A DNA stretch of 13,931 nt from a candidate division WOR-3 bacterium (GTDB lineage Bacteria > Hydrothermota > Hydrothermia > JBDRYB01): the NCBI GenBank assembly GCA_049969615.1, contig JBMFOM010000051.1:1-13931 (forward strand), in the 5' to 3' direction. Numbering within the stretch: position 1 is the stretch's first letter; each line of letters starts with the position of its first letter. A model generated the notes under the pieces. The model made no database searches, had not been told where the DNA came from, and saw only the letters and a list, made by a program, of their open reading frames with translations. Position numbers and translations under genes: made by a program. This document shows, piece by piece, positions 1 to 7,257 of the stretch.

Positions 1-3
1 TCG

Positions 4-59
4 CTAAGTCCTAGAGCCATCGGAACTTTCTCCGAACTCCTTGATGGACAAGGACTTAG
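4..59. repeat. Tandem pair of 11-5-11 imperfect palindromes (candidate protein-binding or recombinase-type sites)
   Basis: CTAAGTCCTAG-AGCCA-TCGGAACTTTC (4-30) and CGAACTCCTTG-ATGGA-CAAGGACTTAG (33-59). The outer ends CTAAGTCCT (4-12) and AGGACTTAG (51-59) are a perfect inverted repeat. The same layout recurs at 3433-3459. Confidence 0.55.
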
Positions 60-97
60 GAGGGGTTGAAAGTGGGTAGGGTGAGCTTCCATCTGGG

Positions 98-127
98 TTG
101 CAACCGGTATCCGGGAGGCATTAAAAT
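98..127 (+). promoter_or_regulatory. Sigma70-type promoter of ccmF
   Basis: TTGCAA (98-103), 18 bp spacer, TAAAAT (122-127), then 7 nt to ATG 135. Confidence 0.65.
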
Positions 128-134
128 ATTTTCT

Positions 135-1991
135 ATGGCAATAGTAGGTAATTTCCTTCTTTGGTTTGGAATAGGTCTTTCCCTGGTCTCCACAGCCCTT
201 CTTTTTATCTCGGCCATCACCAGAAAGGGCGCAATTGGTAGCCTGGGCAGGTTTCTTTACATACTGTTTTTTGCGGACGTCGTCATCCTCTCTGGCCTAC
301 TACTATATTCCTTGATAACGGCTGATTATTCCCTCGCGTATGTTCAGCGTCAGGTAGCGAACGACATGAGCCTATTCTACAGGATAGCCGCTTTTTGGGG
401 AGGTCAGGCGGGTAGCCTGGTATTCTGGGTTCTGGTCCTATCCCTCTATGGATTTATTGTGTGTCTGAGGGAAAAACAGGATGGAGTCTGGGCGCAAGCG
501 ACCCTCGCGCTGGTATCCGCCTTCTTCATCCTGCTCACCATAGAATCAAACCCGTTCAAGCCTGCCATGGCCCCAGCGAGCGACGGCATGGGACTCAACC
601 CGTTTCTGAGAAACCTCTGGATGATATTTCACCCGCCCGCAATTTACCTCGGATATGCTGGCTCCGCGGTTCCATTTGCATACATTATAGCCTCATACAT
701 GAACCCCGACAAATCTGGGGAATTCATGGGGAGAGCAAGGATATGGACGCTTTTCACTTGGGCGTTTCTCGGTCTGGGCATATTCCTGGGCGGGAGATGG
801 GCATATGTTGTTCTCGGATGGGGAGGCTACTGGGGATGGGATCCCGTTGAGAATGCATCTCTCATCCCATGGTTCTTTGGGACCGCGCTCGTGCACTCTG
901 TCGTGATGCAGATGACCAGGAAGGAGGGGTTCCGTAGGTGGGCCTTGCTTTCTTCTTTCCTGTTTTTCTTTATGTGCCTCACTGGGACATTCATAACCCG
1001 ATCGGGGGTGATAAGCTCCGTTCACGCATTCGGCTTCTCAAGGATAGCCTACTATTTCTATATCTTCATGATCCTGATGCTAGGATACATCATCACGCTG
1101 GTAATCATTCTTTGGCGCAGGATAGGGACGCCGGAGAGGACGCGCGGCCTCCTCAACAGGGAAAACCTCTTATCCCTGGCGAACTGGGTCCTCTTCATCC
1201 TGGGCCTGGGGGTTCTCGCGATGACACTCCTGCCACCTCTAATAAAAAAGACAAGCCTCCAACCAGTGGCCTTTGACGCGGCCACCGCACCCTTTCTCAT
1301 ACTCCTCTTGGTATTGATGGCCCTGGCACAAGTAGCCCCGTGGGCAAGGGCAAAACCCAAACCCAAAAAAATCCTTTGGGTAATTGGACTTTCACTGGCC
1401 TCAATACCGATCTGGTATCTCATAGGCATAAAACACCCCTATGGCCTGGTTGGCGCGTGGGCCGGCGGACTTTTGGGTTGGGCCGGAGCCTGGGAACTCG
1501 TCCGCTCCCTCAGGAGGCCATTTTTGCCCACCATAGGCGCGCACCTGTCACATATTGGAATAGCGATAGTAGCGCTAGGTATAGTGGGATCAAAGAGTGA
1601 GATACGGAGCGAATTCCCCTATGAGCCGGGCGCGAAAACCCAGGTTGCTGGCCTCAACTTTGAAGTCGGCGAACCAAGGGAATACACCGAGGCCGATAAG
1701 CACGGGGTGTTTGAGGTCCCGGTGGTTGTGAAATCGGGGGAGGTAGCGATCGGCAGGATGAGCCTGAAATCAGTCCTGTATTCAAAGTGGGAGAGGATGG
1801 GATACTTCCCCGGAGTGGACATAGTCCCGGCGGCCTGGGGCGATGCCTATGGGGCGTTATATCAGGACGAGACCGGGGAATGGAAGATACTCGCCGCGAA
1901 GGTCCCGCTCATTCAGCTTCTCTGGATTGGGTGCTGGCTGTTATTCTTTGGCTGTATAATACCAGCCTTCAGCAAACAGAGGAAAATATGA
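135..1991 (+). CDS. ccmF: Cytochrome c biogenesis heme lyase, CcmF/NrfE family (about 618 aa)
   Basis: Contains the WWD motif WGGYWGWDPVENASLIPW, plus FWGGQAGSL, GLNPFL..HPP..YLGY, GTFITRSG..SVHAF and HLSHIG, with many TM helices. Start moved from 66 to ATG 135 because the upstream codons are not family-like and overlap the promoter. Confidence 0.93.
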   Translation: MAIVGNFLLWFGIGLSLVSTALLFISAITRKGAIGSLGRFLYILFFADVVILSGLLLYSLITADYSLAYVQRQVANDMSLFYRIAAFWGGQAGSLVFWVLVLSLYGFIVCLREKQDGVWAQATLALVSAFFILLTIESNPFKPAMAPASDGMGLNPFLRNLWMIFHPPAIYLGYAGSAVPFAYIIASYMNPDKSGEFMGRARIWTLFTWAFLGLGIFLGGRWAYVVLGWGGYWGWDPVENASLIPWFFGTALVHSVVMQMTRKEGFRRWALLSSFLFFFMCLTGTFITRSGVISSVHAFGFSRIAYYFYIFMILMLGYIITLVIILWRRIGTPERTRGLLNRENLLSLANWVLFILGLGVLAMTLLPPLIKKTSLQPVAFDAATAPFLILLLVLMALAQVAPWARAKPKPKKILWVIGLSLASIPIWYLIGIKHPYGLVGAWAGGLLGWAGAWELVRSLRRPFLPTIGAHLSHIGIAIVALGIVGSKSEIRSEFPYEPGAKTQVAGLNFEVGEPREYTEADKHGVFEVPVVVKSGEVAIGRMSLKSVLYSKWERMGYFPGVDIVPAAWGDAYGALYQDETGEWKILAAKVPLIQLLWIGCWLLFFGCIIPAFSKQRKI

Positions 1992-2425
1992 TGGGATACC
2001 TGCTTTTGGTGACGCTCGCCTCAGCCCCTCTGGACAGGGGGGTTGGCCTGGGCTTCATAGTGGGCCTCCCCACGGGGGTTGATGTGAAGTTCTGGAACGG
2101 CTCAGGGATATGTCCGGTCCTCGTGGCCGGCATAAATGAGCGCGACAATTTTCACTTCCACGGCGACATCAATCTACACTATCCGATCCCAGCGCAGAGC
2201 GTCAATTTCCTCCTATACTATGGTGCTGGAATCAAGGCCGAGGAGGAACCCAGGGATCACTTTGTCTTTGGCCCACGGGTGCCCGTTATCGGCTTTGAGA
2301 TGACCCTGTATGAGATTCCGCTTGACTTTTTCGTGGAGATGGCGCCTACCCTTGAGTTCGGAGGAGACCCTGATTTTGACTTTGATTTTGAGGGCGGAAT
2401 AGGAATGAGGATAACGATCAAATAG
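1988..2425 (+). CDS. Small exported protein, probable outer-membrane beta-barrel (DUF3996-like), 145 aa
   Basis: ATGA overlap with the ccmF stop and a short hydrophobic N-terminus. Amphipathic strand-like segments: GLGFIVGLPTGVDVKFW, LLYYGAGI, GPRVPVIG, LDFFVEMAP, GGIGMRITIK. The family call is from pattern recognition only. Confidence 0.6.
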   Translation: MMGYLLLVTLASAPLDRGVGLGFIVGLPTGVDVKFWNGSGICPVLVAGINERDNFHFHGDINLHYPIPAQSVNFLLYYGAGIKAEEEPRDHFVFGPRVPVIGFEMTLYEIPLDFFVEMAPTLEFGGDPDFDFDFEGGIGMRITIK

Positions 2426-2443
2426 GATCACGCTCCCGAGGAC

Positions 2444-3031
2444 TCAAAATCTCTTTATCCCCGCCAGTGCCCTGGCCGCGAGCTGTCGTATCTCAGGGTC
2501 AGGGTCTTCTCTGGAAACCCTTTCTATTAATCTGTCAACGCTTGCCCCGGAAGCGGCCTGTGCGAGCAGAACGCGGAGAGCTGTTTTTCGGTCCTGAGGG
2601 CGTCCCGTATTTAGAATACCCTCTATCATTGGCATGAACTCCGCGGCCTCCGCCCCCAGCTTCATTATCGCGGCGAAGGTGGCCATTCTGGTTCTCTCAT
2701 CCCCTTCCTCCATGGCCTCAAAAAGAAAATAGAAGAACATGGAGCGCTCGCCCCTGGGCAGGTGCGGAAGTGCGCCGGAAAGCAGAATAACGGCCTCCTC
2801 CCAAAGGGATGGCTCTTTGTGGAAAAGCCTTCCGGCCTCGTAGGCAATGACAAAGGGGAATTGCCTAGCGGGCCTTCCGGAGAGCCTTTTCACGACCTCA
2901 ACTCGCTTTTCCTTCGTGAGCTGGAACAGCTTGATGTCAAGGCCTGAGATCATTTCAAAGAGCATTTCCTCATCCGGTGGTGCATCCAGGCTTCCGGACA
3001 CAAAGGCTCTCCACATTGCGCTCCCGGTCAT
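2444..3031 (-). CDS. Alpha-helical HEAT-repeat-like hypothetical protein (195 aa)
   Basis: Helical repeats DERTRMATFAAIMKLG, PQDRKTALRVL and EDPDPEIRQLAARALAGI; has its own promoter upstream. Confidence 0.7.
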   Translation of the reverse strand: MTGSAMWRAFVSGSLDAPPDEEMLFEMISGLDIKLFQLTKEKRVEVVKRLSGRPARQFPFVIAYEAGRLFHKEPSLWEEAVILLSGALPHLPRGERSMFFYFLFEAMEEGDERTRMATFAAIMKLGAEAAEFMPMIEGILNTGRPQDRKTALRVLLAQAASGASVDRLIERVSREDPDPEIRQLAARALAGIKRF

Positions 3032-3039
3032 AGTACTAT

Positions 3040-3068
3040 ATTTTAACAGTAAACACCTGAAAGATCAA
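3040..3068 (-). promoter_or_regulatory. Sigma70-type promoter with extended -10 for the HEAT-like gene
   Basis: Minus strand: TTGATC, 17 bp spacer ending TGT, TAAAAT, then 8 nt to ATG 3031. Confidence 0.65.
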
Positions 3069-3251
3069 GGGCCTATATCGCGTGGTCACCGGAAAACTGC
3101 CGGAATTGCTTAACCGGACCACCGTCTATATCCATCTTTTACACCTCAACTGCTCGCAATCTCATACCGGAAGGCGATTTGAAACCCCTGAAAAATCACG
3201 GTTTGCCCTATTTCGGTTCTCATGACGAGGGATTTGTTTTCTCCGAGCTCA

Positions 3252-3289
3252 AATCTGAGGGTCCGCGGTTCAAGTCCTGTTCCTCCCAC
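3252..3289 (+). pseudogene. Degenerate tRNA 3' half, possibly Lys-type; candidate att site scar
   Basis: AA-TCTGA-GGGTC-CGCGG-TTCAAGT-CCTGT-TCCTCCC-A-C has the spacing of an anticodon-loop end, anticodon stem, variable loop, T arm with GGTTCAAGTCC, acceptor strand and discriminator. The T stem is mispaired and there is no 5' half upstream. Confidence 0.65.
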
Positions 3290-3356
3290 TTGATTTTATA
3301 CGAGTTTCCGAGATTTTACCCGCTAACTGATAAGCGCGAAAAACGTCTTATTTTTC

Positions 3357-3374
3357 GGTCAGTTATGGTCAGTT
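3357..3374 (+). repeat. Tandem GGTCAGTT x2 (integrase arm-type-like)
   Basis: GGTCAGTT at 3357-3364 and 3367-3374 (10 bp period), with a partial inverted copy TAACTGA at 3324-3330; about 70 bp from the tRNA fragment. Confidence 0.45.
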
Positions 3375-3432
3375 GAGAGAGGGGGCGGGAAAGTTACGCG
3401 GGTTATTGCCCAACTTTGACACCTCAATTTCT

Positions 3433-3459
3433 GTAAGTTCTTGATGAACAGGCACTTAT
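3433..3459. repeat. 11-5-11 imperfect palindrome
   Basis: GTAAGTTCTTG-ATGAA-CAGGCACTTAT; same architecture as the site at 33-59. Confidence 0.55.
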
Positions 3460-3645
3460 AAATTTCAGGCCTAAAAAGCTGGAGCTATATATCCGGGCAA
3501 AATTCAGGACCTCACTAACGATTTTACGCGGGTTTCCAAGGACAGACACCCCTAAAATAAGGGTTTTGGTGTCAGGGTTGGGTTAAATTATAACGAGGGC
3601 CAAGGGCATTCCAAGACCTTTTTAGGAATGGATCACAACGAGGAG

Positions 3646-5724
3646 CTATTTCGGATATGGTATCCTTTCGTGGAATGTCCCCACCAGGACCGGGATGAAA
3701 GCGTTCTTCAGGGCCTCCAGCTGACTCGCGGTAAAACGCACCTCCGAGAGCTGGCCATCTCCCACCTGCCTCCCGAAGACCTCCTCAACGACACGGATTA
3801 TCGCCTCTTCGGAAGGCTCCTCAAGCGCCCTAACCGCGGCCTCGCAGGAGTCCGCGAGCATGCATATTCCTTCCTCCGGAGTAATGGGCTTTGGCCCGTG
3901 GTACCTGAACGCGGCTTCCGACGCGCCGGGGTCGGTTTCCTTTGCCCTGAGGTAGAACTGACGCATCAGACTAGTACCGTGGTGGGTTGAAATGAACCTC
4001 TTTATGTCCTTGGGAAGCCCTCTCGCATCAGCGAGCCGCTCGCCCTCGGTAATGTGAGCACGAATTATCTCAACGCTTTCGGTCGGAGTCAGGTTATCGT
4101 GAGGATTGTATCCCCGTTGGTTCTCTATGTAAAACTCAGGCGCGGCGAGCTTGCCTATGTCGTGGTAATAGGCGCCAACCCTTGCCATCAGTGGCGAAGC
4201 GCCAATTGCCCTGGCCCCAGCCTCACAAAGGTTGCCCACCAAAATGGTATGAGTGAAGGTTCCGGGAGCCTTTTCCGCCATCTCGCGCAGGAGCGGATGC
4301 TGGAGTGAGGCGAGCTCGGATAACAGGAAATCTGTTGAGAGCCTGAAGGCCTTCTCAAATATAGGCAGGGCCGCAAAAACGAGAAGAACAGAGGTAAAGC
4401 CAGAAACCAATGCCCAGAGATAATTAAAGAGGAGGACCCTGATGCTCATTTCCTTTAGAAGAAAAGTGCCAGTTGCCGAGACAGCCCCGGCCAGGAATAT
4501 GACCAGTATGAGCAGATACATCTGATACCTGCTTCTGAATATTCGGGACGAGAGGCCGCCTGTCCCGGCAATGGCAATGCCATAAAGAAGTAAGCCAAAA
4601 TCGCCACCAAAGAGCAGGGAAAGGATTATTGCCTCCAGGAACCCGAGGAAGACGCCGGCCTCCGGGTCAAGGACTATGCTCACCATCACTGGCAGGAAGG
4701 GCATGAGGGTCAGGTATGGGGTCACAAGCTCGCTGTTGACCATAGAAACCAGATGGGCAGTCCCGAAGAAAAGCACATGGCCAATGGACACGGCGAGGAT
4801 GGTCGTCCACCTGGGGACAGTTCTCCTGTAAACCAGGAAAAACGAGAAGGCAAGGCAGAATACAATCAGGAGAGCTATCATGAGGCCCCAACGGGTCTTG
4901 CCACACGTGCCCATGATTTTACGCATCTCGTAGAGGCGTTCGGTTCCGAGGGAATCTATTATCTCGCCCTTACTGAATACCAGCTGACCCTTCATAAATT
5001 CCTCGGACACCTCTGAAACGCCGGAGGCCGCGGCCTCCTTTCTCTTTTCTGTGGCGGTCTGGTTATATCTGAGGGTAGGAGTCAGCATATAAGAGAAAGC
5101 CTCTGTGAAGGTTTCGGTTCTGTCGGGATCAAAGGGATACCTTGAGACAGCGAAGGCTCTAGCCTTATCCATAGCGCCGGTCATGTCCCTTATGAGGGTA
5201 TCAGGAACCCTGCGTTCCTCGTCACCTCTGGTGATAACATATTCCCCGCCGGAGGAGGGGGGAAGCTCCTTTTTATCTTGGATGAGTCCTCTTTCCGAAA
5301 AGCTTTTGGCAAGGACAAAGGCCTCGTCAAGGATGCCGGGGTTGGTCCTGAGGACGCCGGTCGCTCTGGGGCTTATTACTAGAACGCCCGTGTCCGCAAG
5401 GGATGCGAGGAGACTGTCGCGCCGTGCTGAAAGCTTCTTTCTGCCGTCATCGTCATATTCAAGTATGGGCGGGACCCTGGCGGCTGCTTCTGCCCTGTCC
5501 TTTTCCAGCTCCTCATGTGATTTCTTGATCTTAAAATCAAACGGGGCATAGAGGTCAGATGGAGCCGGCTTCCCCGGCTCAAAATCCTCAAGGAACCTTG
5601 CCCTCGGGAGAAGGGTTATCGTTCCCGCGAATAGCGCGATGAAAACGAGGGCCTTGAGGGTGTTGTGAATCAGGCGGCCTCTTGTAGTTCCAATATCTCC
5701 GGACCTAGACCTAGGTTCGCTCAT
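3646..5724 (-). CDS. Membrane HD-family phosphohydrolase (7TMR-HDED + 7TM + HD), PgpH/YqfF-like putative cyclic-di-AMP phosphodiesterase
   Basis: N-terminal TM, a large extracytoplasmic domain and a multi-TM region, then HPLLREMAEKAPGTFTH, ARVGAYYHDIGK, FYIENQ, HHGTS, FRYHGPKP and MLADSCEAAVR. Lies directly downstream of phoH, the usual context, with an ATGA overlap. Confidence 0.9.
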   Translation of the reverse strand: MSEPRSRSGDIGTTRGRLIHNTLKALVFIALFAGTITLLPRARFLEDFEPGKPAPSDLYAPFDFKIKKSHEELEKDRAEAAARVPPILEYDDDGRKKLSARRDSLLASLADTGVLVISPRATGVLRTNPGILDEAFVLAKSFSERGLIQDKKELPPSSGGEYVITRGDEERRVPDTLIRDMTGAMDKARAFAVSRYPFDPDRTETFTEAFSYMLTPTLRYNQTATEKRKEAAASGVSEVSEEFMKGQLVFSKGEIIDSLGTERLYEMRKIMGTCGKTRWGLMIALLIVFCLAFSFFLVYRRTVPRWTTILAVSIGHVLFFGTAHLVSMVNSELVTPYLTLMPFLPVMVSIVLDPEAGVFLGFLEAIILSLLFGGDFGLLLYGIAIAGTGGLSSRIFRSRYQMYLLILVIFLAGAVSATGTFLLKEMSIRVLLFNYLWALVSGFTSVLLVFAALPIFEKAFRLSTDFLLSELASLQHPLLREMAEKAPGTFTHTILVGNLCEAGARAIGASPLMARVGAYYHDIGKLAAPEFYIENQRGYNPHDNLTPTESVEIIRAHITEGERLADARGLPKDIKRFISTHHGTSLMRQFYLRAKETDPGASEAAFRYHGPKPITPEEGICMLADSCEAAVRALEEPSEEAIIRVVEEVFGRQVGDGQLSEVRFTASQLEALKNAFIPVLVGTFHERIPYPK

Positions 5725-6674
5725 TCCGCCTCCGGCGGTTTCTCGTAATGATTATATGCCTCAACAATATCCTTGACCAATCTGTGCCTGACCACATCCT
5801 CGGGGGAAAAATACACGAAGGATATTCCCCTGGTGCCCTTCAGTATTTTCTCGGCCTCAACAAGTCCAGAGAGAACACCTCTGGGCAAATCAATCTGGGT
5901 TATATCACCTGTGACAACCACGCGGGAGCGCGGGCCAAGCCTGGTCAGGAACATCTTCATCTGAACGGCCCTGGTGTTTTGCGCTTCGTCAAGTATTATG
6001 AAGGCGTCGGAGAGTGTCCTTCCCCTCATGTAGGCCAGGGGAGCTATTTCCAATATGTGCTTTTCCTCAAGGCGCTGAACGCGCTGGGGAGGCATGAGGG
6101 CATAAAGGGCATCATAAAGGGGAACAAGATATGGAAATATCTTCTCTGTGTATGTGCCTGGAAGGAAACCGAGGGACTCGCCTGTCTCAACGGCAGGCCT
6201 GGTGAAGATGAGCCGCTCAACCCGCCCCTCAAGGAGAAAACGTAGGGCCATGGCCACAGCAAGGTAGGTCTTGCCAGTGCCGGCAGGACCTATGGCGAAC
6301 ACGATGTCCTTCTCTGCTATTTCCCTCAGGTAGTGCTCCTGGTTCGGGCTCCTGGGAAATACCTTTCTCCTGGGGGTTATTATTTCAAGGCCGCCAACCA
6401 GAGCATGGGCCTCGGCCATGGCCTCGTCCACATCGTCTTCCTCCACCCTGCCGCCAGCCACGCACATTGCGATCATCCTCTTGAGAACAATTTCAGCCTG
6501 TCCAACGCTCTCGGAAGGCCCCTCAAGGATTACCTGTTTGTCCCTGGCAGTAATGGAAACATCGGGGAAATGTTTTCTGAGAGCCTTCAGGTTGGCGTCC
6601 TGAAAACCGAAAAGACTCACAGGATCAACCTCCCCTATCTCAACCATGAGCCTCCTAGTTTCCTCCTGGGTCAT
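5721..6674 (-). CDS. phoH: PhoH-family ATPase (YbeZ/PhoL-like)
   Basis: Walker A GPAGTGKTYLA, plus RPAVETGESLGFLPG, APLAYMRGRTL, ILDEAQN, VVTGDITQIDLP and DVVRHRLV. Confidence 0.95.
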   Translation of the reverse strand: MTQEETRRLMVEIGEVDPVSLFGFQDANLKALRKHFPDVSITARDKQVILEGPSESVGQAEIVLKRMIAMCVAGGRVEEDDVDEAMAEAHALVGGLEIITPRRKVFPRSPNQEHYLREIAEKDIVFAIGPAGTGKTYLAVAMALRFLLEGRVERLIFTRPAVETGESLGFLPGTYTEKIFPYLVPLYDALYALMPPQRVQRLEEKHILEIAPLAYMRGRTLSDAFIILDEAQNTRAVQMKMFLTRLGPRSRVVVTGDITQIDLPRGVLSGLVEAEKILKGTRGISFVYFSPEDVVRHRLVKDIVEAYNHYEKPPEAE

Positions 6675-6979
6675 ACAATGGGTTTGAGAAGAACCCTTAT
6701 GCCCTCCAGAAGGACTTCAACGGCTTCCTCTATAATATCCTTTACGGGAGACGCTGAGCTTGCGGTTATCGTGAGGACTCCGGGGCCACGGTGGGCAAGC
6801 GTAACCGAAATCATCTGGTCGTCGTTCTCGTAAATGTAGTTATCCGGCCCCTCCGGGTCTATGTGTTCAATGGTCTCATGGAAACCCCTCTTTGTCAAGA
6901 CACCTTGGAAGACATACAGAAAAGCTCTCATGATGGGTTCTGGTCCCTCTTTCTCATAGACAAATTCATTATGTGCCAT
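6671..6979 (-). CDS. Hypothetical protein (102 aa), first gene of the phoH operon
   Basis: ATGA overlap with the phoH start and a promoter directly upstream; no recognisable family. Confidence 0.75.
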   Translation of the reverse strand: MAHNEFVYEKEGPEPIMRAFLYVFQGVLTKRGFHETIEHIDPEGPDNYIYENDDQMISVTLAHRGPGVLTITASSASPVKDIIEEAVEVLLEGIRVLLKPIV

Positions 6980-6989
6980 GAGGCCGAAG

Positions 6990-7018
6990 ATTATAACCTA
7001 CTTCCTGCGCAGGATCAA
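6990..7018 (-). promoter_or_regulatory. Sigma70-type promoter of the hyp-phoH-HD operon
   Basis: Minus strand: TTGATC, 17 bp spacer, TATAAT, then 10 nt to ATG 6979. Confidence 0.7.
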
Positions 7019-7026
7019 ACATTTGG

Positions 7027-7220
7027 ATATCCGAAAAGCCGGACGGATCACAGCTACTTTCGCTAGTGATCCTCTCCTCAAATGGTCTTAGGGTGCTCGT
7101 GGCTATTGTCATAACTTGAGAAGCCCAATCTTTGCTCCGAAATCGCCAAACCCTTGCCCCAACTTGGATATGGCCAAGAGAGCATATCCGAGGAAAGGAT
7201 CACGGATCACCTCACTACTT
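7027..7220. repeat. Degenerate direct repeat and GGATCAC cluster in the divergent promoter region
   Basis: ATATCCGA..AAAG..ACGGATCAC..CTACTT at 7027-7059 and 7184-7220. GGATCAC occurs at 7045, 7197 and 7204, and inverted at 7066. Confidence 0.5.
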
Positions 7221-7247
7221 GACAGTCCACGCGAAATCGGTTATAAT
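7219..7247 (+). promoter_or_regulatory. Perfect consensus sigma70 promoter
   Basis: TTGACA (7219-7224), 17 bp spacer, TATAAT (7242-7247), then 7 nt to in-frame GTG 7255 followed by ATG 7258. Confidence 0.85.
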
Positions 7248-7257
7248 TATCGTTGTG

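Noticed and set aside
2372..2392. Hexamer repeat GA(T/C)TTT x3
   Set aside because: It simply encodes DFDFDF in an alternating beta-strand and is too short and imperfect for a phase-variable tract.
3216..3289. Possible complete tRNA gene
   Set aside because: No 5' acceptor strand, D arm or 5' anticodon stem, and the T stem is mispaired; kept only as a fragment.
3179..3376. 65 aa ORF in the intergenic gap
   Set aside because: TTG start with no SD or promoter, no recognisable motif, and it runs through the tRNA fragment and repeats.
3607..3630. CATTCC...GGAATG hairpin after the HD gene
   Set aside because: Weak, bulged stem with no following U-tract on the minus strand.
3032..3645. CRISPR array or replication origin in the long intergenic gap
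   Set aside because: No regularly spaced repeats and no DnaA-box (TTATCCACA-like) cluster seen.
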